NCBI GenBank assembly: GCA_963736855.1
Contig: CAVTQK010000021.1
Location: forward strand, 416,001 to 480,000
Source of the DNA: an uncultured delta proteobacterium
GTDB taxonomy: Bacteria > Desulfobacterota > Desulfobacteria > Desulfobacterales > UBA2156
DNA length: 64,000 nt
Direction: 5' to 3'
The notes beneath the pieces are model-generated. The model did no database searches. It was not told the origin of the DNA and saw only the letters and a program-made list of their open reading frames with translations. Positions 50,242 to 60,397 of this stretch are shown piece by piece. The stretch's first letter is position 1, and each line of letters begins with the position of its first letter. The position numbers and the translations under genes were made by a program.

Positions 50242-52488
50242 TTATTGAGTGATTCCCTCTATCCTCTCTCGTATCTGCAGTATCCGCTCCTGGATTTCAA
50301 GTGCTATCGCTTTTGACGATTGAATGGTTTCCAGTGCTTGCGTTCCCTCGAGCCTTCTTCCATCCGCGGTCCGACCCAAAAGGATCAGAGTGGAAGCATA
50401 GTCTTGTAAGCGCTGAATCAACGTATTCAATAGATAACGGGACGCCGCTTCCGAAAGCTTGAAGATATATTGAAACTTAATGTTTTCACGATAGTCTTTA
50501 AAGTGAAGGGAAATGGATTTTTCCGTCTCCTGCTTCATGCGCAGCACTCCTTTTTGCAGGGACTGAATCCCTTTGGCACGTTCGGCGGGTGCCGCCTTTT
50601 TTAACAATTTCATGACCCATCCGGTGAAGGAAAAAAAGCCGAAATGCAAGAATGCATCGGAGCGGATCTTGGCAGAGTAGCGCAAAGCCAGTTCATTTAC
50701 GGGCAATCGAATCCCGGCGCCCCCCCGGATCCAGTCCATATCCACCTTCACAGGCGCTGATGGCGGCTCCACGGACGAAGGGATGCCCAGAGTCCCCATG
50801 CTCCGATTGTATTCTTCCAGTGCGTCGCGGACCATGGCCTCAAAAGGAGCCGACATGCCTGTAAAATGACCGACTATCTTTGCCTCGGCATCCTTGAGAA
50901 AGCGGATTACCTCAGGGTTGATGGTTTCGGCGATAAACACATCCAGACTTTCTTTAAAATCCGAAAATACTTGATAAAGGGCTTGAGAAAAACCGCTTTT
51001 TTCCATTAGGCTTCGATAGCGATCATAAGACGGCTCCCATTCCCGGATGAACCTCATGATCCGGCTGCCGATCCCCGATGGACCGGTATCGAAAAACCGG
51101 TCGATATCCGATCTCAATTCACCTTTCAATTTTAAAACCGCGCCGTCCAGGGTGGTTTGAATCACGGACTTGACCTGTTCCGCGCGTTCTTGATGTTTCT
51201 CAAGTTTTTCAATAATCTGTCGGACATCGGAAGCACCCTGGGTGGTCCCTTTTTCCATGATCCGAATCCATCGATAAATTCCGGAAGATAATATCCAGAG
51301 CCGTTCCACATGATTTTTCAAAAGGAGTCGCGACCGATCCCCATAAATCAGTTTAAAAAGCTCGGATTCGAATCGTCGGGTTTGGTCGTTGGAAAACGAG
51401 AGCGGTCCTTCATCCTTTTCCCATTGCAGCATCCGGCTGCGGTCTTTTTCCGAAAGGCCGTCCTTGTCCGATGAAAAAAGGTTGAACAGAGCGGAGAAGA
51501 CAAAAAGACTTGGATCCGGCCGGATAAACGCAACATCTTTCCGGATTTTTTCCGCAACTTCCATTAGGTTTTCAATGGAATCGTGCTCATTGAAATCACA
51601 ATTGGCCACAAAAAGGGCATTGTCGAGTATCCCCATCTTTTTGATCATGGAAAGAAATTTGATGTCCGCCTGGCGGATTCCGGTCCTGCTGCTGATGACG
51701 TAAATGATCAGATGGGTCGATGCGAGATAATCTTGGATCATGGCCAGATGGAGTGGATTCGGGGCGTCGCTGCCCTGGCAATCGGCGATCTCGATATGGC
51801 TTTCAAAACGATCGGCGGGGATCTCCAACATCACATCCTTTAAATAAACTGCAAGAGACTCGTCACCGACAAACAGCCGGTGCTTTTCGAAATCCGCATT
51901 CGTGAATTCCCGAATGGTCATGGGAGATGATAGGAGATCGTAAACCCGATCGTAGCCTTTGAGGTAAGAAGCAAGAACAACACTGTGAATATTGCGGGTC
52001 TCCGTCGTTACAAGCTGCTCCGAGTCCAGGGACTCCAGGGCTTTTTTCAAACCGGCCCGGATCTCTTTTTGTCGGATATCAAAGGCTTCCCGATCTGGAA
52101 ATCCGTCCTGTCGAGGAAAAAGGATCAGGGCCTGTCGGGCGTCATCATTCACTTCGTCCCAGGTTTTGAAATGGAGCCTTGCGCGCAGGCGCTTCCCTGA
52201 CCGGATTCGCGTCACGATGGAAGTGACCACTCCGGCTCCTCGCTTGAGGTAGTCTCCCTTGAAAAGGGCGTTGACAAGAGTGCTTTTCCCGGATTTGATG
52301 GCGCCGACGACGGCAACACGAACCGTCTCCTCGACCAGCTGCTTTTGAACGGCGGTGCAAACGGATTCCCATTCCTCAAATGCGTCGTCGGCAACATGTG
52401 GGAGCAACTTAAGACGATTGAGCAGGTGGATGAGTCCCTGATCGGCATCCAGAAGCTCGTTGCGCATTTCACTATGGGTTTGCCTCAT
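50242..52488 (-). CDS. Bacterial dynamin-like GTPase
   Basis: G1 GAIKSGKST, G2 GVVTS, G3 DCQG, long helical C-terminal region with a hydrophobic stretch (FLHFGFFSFTGWV); 748 aa. Confidence 0.82.
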   Translation of the reverse strand: MRQTHSEMRNELLDADQGLIHLLNRLKLLPHVADDAFEEWESVCTAVQKQLVEETVRVAVVGAIKSGKSTLVNALFKGDYLKRGAGVVTSIVTRIRSGKRLRARLHFKTWDEVNDDARQALILFPRQDGFPDREAFDIRQKEIRAGLKKALESLDSEQLVTTETRNIHSVVLASYLKGYDRVYDLLSSPMTIREFTNADFEKHRLFVGDESLAVYLKDVMLEIPADRFESHIEIADCQGSDAPNPLHLAMIQDYLASTHLIIYVISSRTGIRQADIKFLSMIKKMGILDNALFVANCDFNEHDSIENLMEVAEKIRKDVAFIRPDPSLFVFSALFNLFSSDKDGLSEKDRSRMLQWEKDEGPLSFSNDQTRRFESELFKLIYGDRSRLLLKNHVERLWILSSGIYRWIRIMEKGTTQGASDVRQIIEKLEKHQERAEQVKSVIQTTLDGAVLKLKGELRSDIDRFFDTGPSGIGSRIMRFIREWEPSYDRYRSLMEKSGFSQALYQVFSDFKESLDVFIAETINPEVIRFLKDAEAKIVGHFTGMSAPFEAMVRDALEEYNRSMGTLGIPSSVEPPSAPVKVDMDWIRGGAGIRLPVNELALRYSAKIRSDAFLHFGFFSFTGWVMKLLKKAAPAERAKGIQSLQKGVLRMKQETEKSISLHFKDYRENIKFQYIFKLSEAASRYLLNTLIQRLQDYASTLILLGRTADGRRLEGTQALETIQSSKAIALEIQERILQIRERIEGITQ

Positions 52489-52866
52489 GGCGCGTCAACA
52501 TGGCCTTTCCAGGAAAGATTTAAAAGGTGTTCAAAAAAGATCCACCGGGGCTTGTCGAAAAGGATCCACTTGAGGGCGGCCGACAGGGGGGCTTGCCAAA
52601 TAAAGCGATCCGTGGTAAAAGGATATTTATACAACAGATAATGATGCCATATGCGAACAAATAGTGAAGGGAACCATGGTCCATGTCTGAAAAGCATCCC
52701 GAATGTCCGCTTTATAATCCTTTAAATTGTAAAGAATATTACAATCCCAAGCTGTGCGCTTTTGTTAGAAAAGACAGGGTCTGCTTAAAGAAAAGAAAGC
52801 CCAAACAAAAGCCGAAACCCCAAGCACAGCAATTGGCTGATGGTTCATAACCTCTTCTTTTGTGTT

Positions 52867-53448
52867 TCATGCGTGTCCGGCCGTCTCGGCCAAAAGTGAT
52901 GGATCGATTCCAATTCCCCTCATCGCCTTTTCCCACCTTTTTTCAACCGGTGTATCGAAAATAACCCCTTCCTTGATGGGACCGGTCAGCCAGGCATTGG
53001 CTTTAATTTCCGACTCCAGTTGCCCGGGTCCCCACCCTGCGCATCCCAGCGTGATCATGAAATCAGACGGCCTTTGATCCATGACTATTGCTCTAAGGAC
53101 GTCGAGAGTGTTGCTCATGGACAGTGTCGCAGAAATACGAATGGATCCCTCCCATTGAAGCGGTGGACCATGAAGGATGAAAATCTCACCTTCATGGACA
53201 GGACCTCCCCAAAAAACGGGAACGGACCCTATCTCCTGAGGATAACGAAGATTAAGCTCGTCAAAAATCGCCTTTGCCGTCAGCATGGGATGCAAGCGGT
53301 TGATGATCAATCCGAAGGCCCCCATGGACGAATGCTCACAGATACAGGTGACTGTTTGAGCAAAATTGGGATCTCTCAAGCCGGGCATGGCCATCAGGAA
53401 TTGACACTTCAGAAACGCTGTGTTGTGCTCTTTCAGGGGAGCCTCCAT
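52867..53448 (-). CDS. YqgE/AlgH family protein (UPF0301)
   Basis: LMAMP.L.DPNF..TV, GAFGLIINR, GGPV and GCAGWGPGQLESEI..NAW motifs. Confidence 0.92.
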   Translation of the reverse strand: MEAPLKEHNTAFLKCQFLMAMPGLRDPNFAQTVTCICEHSSMGAFGLIINRLHPMLTAKAIFDELNLRYPQEIGSVPVFWGGPVHEGEIFILHGPPLQWEGSIRISATLSMSNTLDVLRAIVMDQRPSDFMITLGCAGWGPGQLESEIKANAWLTGPIKEGVIFDTPVEKRWEKAMRGIGIDPSLLAETAGHA

Positions 53449-53466
53449 GGATGCCGGCTGGTGACC

Positions 53467-53805
53467 CTATCGATCTTTTTCCCGCCCGTCGATGGAAGCA
53501 GTCTGGATCACCTCATCAACCAGAGCCATGGCTCCCATCATGTTGGGAAACCCTGTTGTAGTCAAGGAAAGCAGGACCGTGTGGAATATTTCCTCTGGAC
53601 TGGCGCCCGATTGAAGAGCTTTCCGTGTTCCTGACATCACGGCGCCTCGTGAATCACCACCGATGGCGATACCAAGCTTGATCAGGTTCTGATATTTTTC
53701 GGGTATCGGTCCGGCGCTTCGGCACTGATGACCCAACGCCTCAAAAGATTCGAAGAGATCTGGAAATCGCTCAATGAACTTCTGATAGATCTTTGGATAG
53801 TACAT
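53467..53805 (-). CDS. Carboxymuconolactone decarboxylase (CMD/AhpD-like) family protein
   Basis: GPIPEK..LIKLGIAIG, ALQSGASPEEI, TTGFP; 112 aa. Confidence 0.85.
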   Translation of the reverse strand: MYYPKIYQKFIERFPDLFESFEALGHQCRSAGPIPEKYQNLIKLGIAIGGDSRGAVMSGTRKALQSGASPEEIFHTVLLSLTTTGFPNMMGAMALVDEVIQTASIDGREKDR

Positions 53806-54076
53806 GGGCCCTCCGAGATGGGATGATTTTTGTATCTGTGGTACTATTGAGTGGGTATCATACCGGGTACCATCGTAAAGTCAAGTCCATTGGACGATCG
53901 CGCTCTTCTGAAATGTTTCGCGCCTCTGGCATCCAAGATTGCGTCTTGACACGAGAAGCGATTGAAAGGTAGTGAATTTCACGCTCTCTTAACGGAAAAG
54001 CGCCTTTTCCATACGGCGTTTCCAAAATAGAGATGAAAATGCGGCAGAGCAGGTAATTTGTTCTTTCAGGTACTTC

Positions 54077-55420
54077 ATGGATAACGACTCTCAAAAGCGT
54101 AAAAAAGCACGGAAAGATGCGTTGACCATCTTCTCGCATGCTCTATGTGCTGTAGAAGCGGGGAAAGCCGTCCGAAGACACCTTCGTCTGGAAGGAGATC
54201 ATTTGTTTTTGGATTACCCTGTAGTCCCTTTTTCCCATTTTCGCCGGTGTATCGTCATCGGTGCTGGAAAAGCATCCGCGGCCATGGGAAAGGCGGTAGA
54301 GGATGTTCTGGGTGATTGCATTGAAGAAGGGCGTATTACTGTGAAATACGGACATACCCATCCGCTGTCCCGGATCCACCTGACCGAAGCGGGTCATCCC
54401 ATTCCAGATGCCCAAGGCGTTGCAGGCGCATCCGCCATTCTGAAAATGGTCCAAAGGGCCGGACCCGATCACCTCATCATCGCCCTTTTCTCCGGCGGCG
54501 GATCCGCCCTTCTTCCCCTCCCTATTGAGGGAATTTCGCTTGAAGAGAAACAGCACACAATATCGGTGTTGTTGAACTGTGGGGCAACTATTCATGAAAT
54601 CAATACTATTCGGAAACATGTATCCAGAATCAAAGGAGGCAGACTGGCCAAAGCCGCCTATCCTTCACGGCTGATAACGTTGATCCTGTCCGATGTCGTT
54701 GGAGACGATTTAGACGTCATCGCTTCCGGACCCACGGTTCCGGACTCCAGCACATTCGCAGATTGTTTAAATATCGTCTCCAAATACGACTTGGGAAAAA
54801 GAATTCCGACATCCATTATGGCTCTCCTCAACGGAGGCCTTTCCCGGAATACCCCGGAAACTCCCAAGCCGGGGGAACCGATATTTGAAAAAACGGAAAA
54901 CCGGATCATCGGAAGTAATTCAGAAGCGCTTTCTGCTGCGAAGGCAACATCGGAGCGTCTGGGGTACCGCACACTGGTTCTCTCATCCACGATTCAAGGA
55001 GACACCCGTGAAGCGGCCCTTTTTCATGCCGCGATAGTCAGAGAGATCCATCGCACAGGAAACCCCATCCCTCCTCCCGCTTGTATCCTTTCAGGGGGAG
55101 AAACCACAGTGAAGGTAACCGGGAATGGCATGGGTGGAAGAAATCAGGAGTTTACCTTGCAGGCAGCTTTAGAAATTGCCGGATGCGGCCCCCTCATCAT
55201 GCTTTCCGCCGGCACCGATGGCACCGATGGTCCCACCGATGCGGCAGGCGCTGTGGCAGACGATATCACCATCTCCAGGGCGTATGCCATGGGAATGGAA
55301 CCCATGCGGCATCTCGATAACAACGACGCCTATACCTTTTTCAAGGTTCTAGATGACCTGGTGATCACCGGTCCCACGGATACCAACGTCATGGATCTCA
55401 GGATTGCTCTGGCTCCATGA
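54077..55420 (+). CDS. Glycerate 2-kinase (MOFRL family)
   Basis: GAGKAS, AGHPIPD, SGGGSAL, IKGGRLA, SDVVGD, GGETTV, GGRNQE, GTDGTDGP and TNVMD motifs. Confidence 0.93.
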   Translation: MDNDSQKRKKARKDALTIFSHALCAVEAGKAVRRHLRLEGDHLFLDYPVVPFSHFRRCIVIGAGKASAAMGKAVEDVLGDCIEEGRITVKYGHTHPLSRIHLTEAGHPIPDAQGVAGASAILKMVQRAGPDHLIIALFSGGGSALLPLPIEGISLEEKQHTISVLLNCGATIHEINTIRKHVSRIKGGRLAKAAYPSRLITLILSDVVGDDLDVIASGPTVPDSSTFADCLNIVSKYDLGKRIPTSIMALLNGGLSRNTPETPKPGEPIFEKTENRIIGSNSEALSAAKATSERLGYRTLVLSSTIQGDTREAALFHAAIVREIHRTGNPIPPPACILSGGETTVKVTGNGMGGRNQEFTLQAALEIAGCGPLIMLSAGTDGTDGPTDAAGAVADDITISRAYAMGMEPMRHLDNNDAYTFFKVLDDLVITGPTDTNVMDLRIALAP

Positions 55421-55448
55421 AAACCCAACTTCAATGGAGAAACTCGCC

Positions 55449-56375
55449 ATGACCCCCCCGCTGTTTGCTTTTGAACCCATTTTGCTGGAAAAAATGGACG
55501 CATACCGGCAACGCCTTTCCCAAACGCCACAAAAAGGATCGGATTACAGTTCGGTTAACTTATGGGGTTGGAAAGAGGCCTACGATCTTCAATGGGCCTG
55601 GCATGATCCCCTGATCTGGATCCGACAGAATCGCCCCGGACCAATCCTGTGGGCACCTGTCGGCCCATGGGGAGAAATCGACTGGCCGCTGTATTTCCAG
55701 CACCTGGGGAACCCCGGCATCGTTTTCACCCGGGTCCCGGAACAGCTCCTAATACCTTGGAAAATCGCCTTTCCCGGCCGTCTTCATTTTGAAGAAGAGA
55801 GAGGAAACTGGGATTACCTGTACCGGATGGAAGACATGGTGCTCCTCAAAGGAAACCGGTTTCACCAGAAGAAAAACCTGGTCAATCAGTTCATTAAAAA
55901 ATTTACCTTTGAATATGTGCCGCTTGACGATGACCGGATCGCTGATGCCCTCTTAATGCAGGAAAGCTGGTGCACATGGCACGATTGCGAGTCCTCCGAG
56001 GTTCTTGATGCCGAAAATCAGGCCATCGCCCGGGTCCTCGGCACATTTTCTCATTTCAGAGATCTTTTCGGAGGCGGTATCCTTTGCAAAGGGAAAATGA
56101 TCGCCTACACCCTCGGAGAAAGGCTCGATTCGGATACACTCTTAATCCATTTTGAAAAAGGAGATCCCGGATATCCAGGGGTCTACCAAACCATCAACCA
56201 ACTTTTTCTTTCGCATCACGTAAACGCGTTTCGCATGGTGAATCGGGAGCAGGATCTCGATAACCCGGGCTTGAGGAAAGCCAAGCTTTCTTATCACCCC
56301 GTCGACTTTGTGCGCAAATACCGAGTCTCGCTTGAAAAACCGGGAGAGAAAAACGATCCTTCGCTTGGTCAATGA
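55449..56375 (+). CDS. DUF2156 family protein (MprF-C/tRNA-dependent GNAT-like fold)
   Basis: DYLY....L.G..F..KKN..N.F, IHFEKG and NREQDL..PGLRKAKLSY.P motifs; GGAG RBS before ATG 55449. Confidence 0.85.
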   Translation: MTPPLFAFEPILLEKMDAYRQRLSQTPQKGSDYSSVNLWGWKEAYDLQWAWHDPLIWIRQNRPGPILWAPVGPWGEIDWPLYFQHLGNPGIVFTRVPEQLLIPWKIAFPGRLHFEEERGNWDYLYRMEDMVLLKGNRFHQKKNLVNQFIKKFTFEYVPLDDDRIADALLMQESWCTWHDCESSEVLDAENQAIARVLGTFSHFRDLFGGGILCKGKMIAYTLGERLDSDTLLIHFEKGDPGYPGVYQTINQLFLSHHVNAFRMVNREQDLDNPGLRKAKLSYHPVDFVRKYRVSLEKPGEKNDPSLGQ

Positions 56376-56388
56376 ACAGGAGATGTCC

Positions 56389-57900
56389 ATGCAGCAGTCG
56401 GCTTCAGGTTATCATCATTTAACGAGCTACGAGAGGGATCGCATGCAAGGTGGCGGGCTGGACTGGGCCAACTTACCGCACACCTATAAGTTTTACGAAG
56501 GGCGCAAGTCCATTCCCTTGCCCCGGGAGTTCGAATTTCCGAAGATCTCTCTACGTTCGCTTTATGCTTGCCAAATTGAAGGCGCGACTTGTGCCGCAAA
56601 CCTTGCCGTAGTCCAGCTCTCCACCATACTTTTTCTCGCCTACGGACTTACCGCTCGGCGCAAGGCGATTGGAGAAGATTTCTTTTTCCGGAGCGTTCCT
56701 TCGGCCGGGGCCCTCTACCCTGCGGAAATCTATGTGGGCGCATGGAATATGAAAGGTGTTTCCACCGGCTTGTACCACTTCGATACGACCCGGCATGTCC
56801 TCGTACCGCTTCGATCGGGGGACTTTCGGTATGCCTTGGGACCGATTTTCAATGACATCCCGATTTCTGACAAAATATTGACATTCTATGTGTCCGGCAT
56901 TTTTTTCCGGAGCAGCTGGAAATATCGCAAGCGGGCCTATCGCTATGTGCTGTTGGATGCCGGCCATTTGATCGAAAACCTCGTTCTTGCTCTGGATGTC
57001 TATCGGCTGTCTCCCGCTGTATCGCTGGACTTCAACGATGAACAGGCCCTTCAACTGATGGGATTTGATCCCGCAAAGGAGGTCTGCCTGGCCGAAATTC
57101 CCCTGACGGGAAAAGAAGCACCAAGGAAAAGAAAGACCTCTCCCCTTTCCCCCCTGGGACCCGAGGTCACCGATGCAAGCATTGTATCGGCAAGGGAAAT
57201 GACATTTCCCGAGATCCTCGATATCCATATATCCGGCAACACGATTCGACTCGGCGCACGACCCCAAGTACCCATGATGGATGCATTTGGAATCAAGGTT
57301 TCTTCCTGGGATCCCCTCCCTCAGCCCAAAGCCGAAGCCTCAGGATCGACCTTTGCTCAAAGCGTTTTGAACCGGCGTTCCCATAGAAATTTCGTCCCAA
57401 TGGAAATGAGACAAGAAGTGTTTGCAAGCCTTATCGATCTGGTGGCCGCTGCAGCCGCCGGTCATCGAGCGCTGCCGCCTTATGAAGGCGTGCTTGCTTG
57501 CGGTTTTTTAGCCCACACGGTAGAAGGACTTTTACCTGGTTTTTATTTGATGGATACCGAACATCGTACCTTCGGGCTGGTTCAAGCCGGGGTATTTGCG
57601 AACCAGATAGCCTCGGTTTGTCTCGATCAGGAATGGCTTAAAAACGCTTCGCTCCATTTTCTATTCATGACGCACCTTAGATTGCTGGACGAGCTGTGGG
57701 GAGCGCGCGGCTATCGGTATGCCATGGTCGCCGCCGGCCGCCTGGGTCAAGCCGTTTACCTGGCATGCACAACTCTGGAACTCGGGTGTTGCGGCATCGG
57801 AGCCTTCTACGATGGGGAGGCGCGAAAGCTGCTCGGGCTTGATCCGGATGCCGCACTGCTGTATCTGGTGGCGGCTGGCAATATCCGGAGGTTCCCTTGA
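56389..57900 (+). CDS. SagB/ThcOx-family FMN-dependent dehydrogenase with two nitroreductase-like domains
   Basis: RSVPSAGALYP and WKY..RAYRY..LDAGH in the N-domain; NRRSHRNF and RGYRY....AG.LGQ..YL....LG.CGIGAFYD in the C-domain. Confidence 0.88.
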   Translation: MQQSASGYHHLTSYERDRMQGGGLDWANLPHTYKFYEGRKSIPLPREFEFPKISLRSLYACQIEGATCAANLAVVQLSTILFLAYGLTARRKAIGEDFFFRSVPSAGALYPAEIYVGAWNMKGVSTGLYHFDTTRHVLVPLRSGDFRYALGPIFNDIPISDKILTFYVSGIFFRSSWKYRKRAYRYVLLDAGHLIENLVLALDVYRLSPAVSLDFNDEQALQLMGFDPAKEVCLAEIPLTGKEAPRKRKTSPLSPLGPEVTDASIVSAREMTFPEILDIHISGNTIRLGARPQVPMMDAFGIKVSSWDPLPQPKAEASGSTFAQSVLNRRSHRNFVPMEMRQEVFASLIDLVAAAAAGHRALPPYEGVLACGFLAHTVEGLLPGFYLMDTEHRTFGLVQAGVFANQIASVCLDQEWLKNASLHFLFMTHLRLLDELWGARGYRYAMVAAGRLGQAVYLACTTLELGCCGIGAFYDGEARKLLGLDPDAALLYLVAAGNIRRFP

Positions 57901-57945
57901 AGGATTCCCTTCATCACTTAAGTACATCAGGATCGGGGAGGGGCC

Positions 57946-58389
57946 ATGAGGGCCGTGGTTCAGAGGGTGAAGAAATGCTCGGTGAGCGTCAACGGAGAAA
58001 CGGTGGCCGGCATCCGAGAGGGGCTTTTGGTCTTTTTGGGGATACACCATGAGGACAGAAGCGCCGATGCCGAATACCTCGCGCAAAAGATCAGTCACTT
58101 GCGCGTCTTCGAAGACGACGCGGGGAAAATGAACCGTTCTCTCTTGGAAACCGCCGGGAAAATGCTGGTGGTATCCCAGTTCACTCTATACGGCGACTGC
58201 CGGAAAGGGAGACGTCCCTCTTTTATCTCCGCCGCTGCCCCGGATTGCGCCGAGCCGCTCTATCTCCATTTTGTCGAATCGGTCCGCAAGGCGGGTATCA
58301 AAGTTGAAACCGGTCGGTTTCAAGCGAAAATGGAGGTTGCCTTGACCAACGACGGTCCGGTCACCCTGCTCCTCGAGAGCCATGAATGA
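57946..58389 (+). CDS. dtd: D-aminoacyl-tRNA deacylase
   Basis: [21 protein letters not shown] and NDGPVT motifs. Confidence 0.96.
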   Translation: MRAVVQRVKKCSVSVNGETVAGIREGLLVFLGIHHEDRSADAEYLAQKISHLRVFEDDAGKMNRSLLETAGKMLVVSQFTLYGDCRKGRRPSFISAAAPDCAEPLYLHFVESVRKAGIKVETGRFQAKMEVALTNDGPVTLLLESHE

Positions 58390-58406
58390 GTTTGAGAATT
58401 TGAATC

Positions 58407-59615
58407 ATGGAACCTTGGAACCATTTAAAACGAATAGGCCTTCCCCTCGCCGTTTATTTTCTTTCTTTTCTGGCATCAGAAAACCTTTACGCGGCTTCCC
58501 TGTACGGTCTTGACCCGCTGATCGGAAAACAGGATGCCGTTCTGGTGGCCGATAACCATGGGAATATCCTTTTTTCCAAGCACGAAAACACCCCTTTAAT
58601 CCCAGCCTCCACGCTGAAAATCCTGACTGCATTCTTGGCGTTGAGGCATCTGGGATCCGATTATCGCTTTCATACGGATTTTTATCTGGATGACGAAAAC
58701 CGGCTCATCGCTCAAGGGTTCGGTGATCCATTCCTGGTATCCGAATCCCTGTCGGTCATCGCCAAAACTCTGGCAAATCAACTCCGGTCCATCCATGGCA
58801 TTCTCCTGGACGACACTTATTTTTCGAATCCCCTGGAGATTCCGGGCATATCCGACTCCTTTGAACCCTACGACGCCCCCAACGGGGCATTGTGCGTCAA
58901 TTTCAATACGGTTTCCTTCCAGCGGGCCGGATCCCGATTCGTCAGCGCCGAACCCCAGACTCCCCTTTTACCGATGGTAATGAGCCGGATCCTGAATTCC
59001 CGCATGGACAAAGGAAGGATTGTTCTTTCCAATAAACAGGGTGAAGCCGTCCTTTATACCGGCCAGATGCTGCGCCATTTCTTGGAAAAAGAAGGGATCA
59101 CCGTCACCGGAAATGTTGAGACAGGTCGGGCGGATCCGGCCCGAAACCGCCTAATCCTGCGATATGTCTCCGAGTACAGACTCTCGAATGTCGTAGAAAG
59201 GCTGTTGGAACACTCCAACAATTTCATCGCCAATCAGCTATTAATCAGCGTCGGTATAAAGGTTTATGGACCTCCGGGAACCTTAGAGAAGGGTGTTCGG
59301 GCTGTGATGTGCGATGCCGAAAAGGTTCTGAAGACCGATGGTATTCAGATTGTAGAGGGCTCTGGTATCTCTCGGGAGAATCGCATGACGGTTCTAGCCA
59401 TGCTCCGGGTTCTGAATGCTTTCATTTCCCACAGACACTTGATGGGCTTCAGAAACGGCGTTTTTTATAAAACCGGAACCCTCGACGGCGTCCGAACTCT
59501 TGCAGGCTACATCGAAACGCGTCCGGAACGGATTCACCCTTTTGCGATCTTCATCAACACCCCCGGTAAAACAGCCGACGATATTTTAATGAAGATCCGG
59601 GCAAGTCTTCCCTAA
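58407..59615 (+). CDS. dacB: D-alanyl-D-alanine carboxypeptidase/endopeptidase (peptidase S13, PBP4)
   Basis: Signal peptide, PASTLK (SxxK), SNN (SxN), EGSG.SR and KTGTL motifs. Confidence 0.88.
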   Translation: MEPWNHLKRIGLPLAVYFLSFLASENLYAASLYGLDPLIGKQDAVLVADNHGNILFSKHENTPLIPASTLKILTAFLALRHLGSDYRFHTDFYLDDENRLIAQGFGDPFLVSESLSVIAKTLANQLRSIHGILLDDTYFSNPLEIPGISDSFEPYDAPNGALCVNFNTVSFQRAGSRFVSAEPQTPLLPMVMSRILNSRMDKGRIVLSNKQGEAVLYTGQMLRHFLEKEGITVTGNVETGRADPARNRLILRYVSEYRLSNVVERLLEHSNNFIANQLLISVGIKVYGPPGTLEKGVRAVMCDAEKVLKTDGIQIVEGSGISRENRMTVLAMLRVLNAFISHRHLMGFRNGVFYKTGTLDGVRTLAGYIETRPERIHPFAIFINTPGKTADDILMKIRASLP

Positions 59616-60397
59616 GGCGTTTCTATCTTGTTTCGGATGATGTTAGCGTAAGCGCTGTGGTTGTGAATGGACTCGAAATTTTCCGCGCTGACGGAAAACC
59701 AGGTGATGTTGGTATCGAAAATAAGCCTTTTGGCGATGTCTCTGACGATGTCTTCCACAAATTTGGCATTGGTATATCCCCGCTCGGTGACCTCCTTTTC
59801 GTCCACTCGTTTCAATACCGAATAGACGTCGCACGAGGATGACGCCTCGACGAGCTCGATCATGTCTTCCAGCCAGATGAATTTTTTGAATCGGGTCTCC
59901 AGCCGGACCTCTCCTCTCTGATTGTGGGCTCCGACGTCACTAATTTCTTTTGAGCAGGGGCATACGGATGTGATGGGAACAATCACCTCCGAAACCAGAT
60001 CTACTTTTCCGTTGGAATCGCTCGATCCGAGGATCCGGCAGTTGTAGTCCATCAACCCCGCGGAATGACTTACCGGCGCCCGCTTTTCAATAAAGTAAGG
60101 GAAGCCCATTTCAATGGTTGCCGATGCGGCGTTGAGGTGCTCTTTCATTTTTTCCAGGGTTTTCGAAAAAGTGCGTAGAGAGACTTCGGGACGAAGGGTA
60201 TGAAGGATTTCCACGAAACGGCTCATGTGGGTACCTCGGATTCGGTGGGGAAGATCCACGTACATATTGATGGTGGCCACCGTATGCTGAAATCCATCCC
60301 TCCGATCCCGGACCGTGATGGGGTATCTTAAATTTTTGATTCCCACCTTGTCGATGGGAATGTTTCGGTCATCCCGTTGGTTTTGAATATCAATCAT
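59612..60397 (-). CDS. folE2: GTP cyclohydrolase IB
   Basis: GTHMSRF, SVCPCSKEIS, AHNQR, LKR.DE, FVED.VR and ESIHNH motifs. Confidence 0.96.
   Translation of the reverse strand: MIDIQNQRDDRNIPIDKVGIKNLRYPITVRDRRDGFQHTVATINMYVDLPHRIRGTHMSRFVEILHTLRPEVSLRTFSKTLEKMKEHLNAASATIEMGFPYFIEKRAPVSHSAGLMDYNCRILGSSDSNGKVDLVSEVIVPITSVCPCSKEISDVGAHNQRGEVRLETRFKKFIWLEDMIELVEASSSCDVYSVLKRVDEKEVTERGYTNAKFVEDIVRDIAKRLIFDTNITWFSVSAENFESIHNHSAYANIIRNKIETP

Noticed and set aside
47300..50300. RiPP precursor peptide next to YcaO
   Set aside because: The flanking short ORFs overlap tRNA-Ala, hisB or parA and show no credible leader/core pattern.
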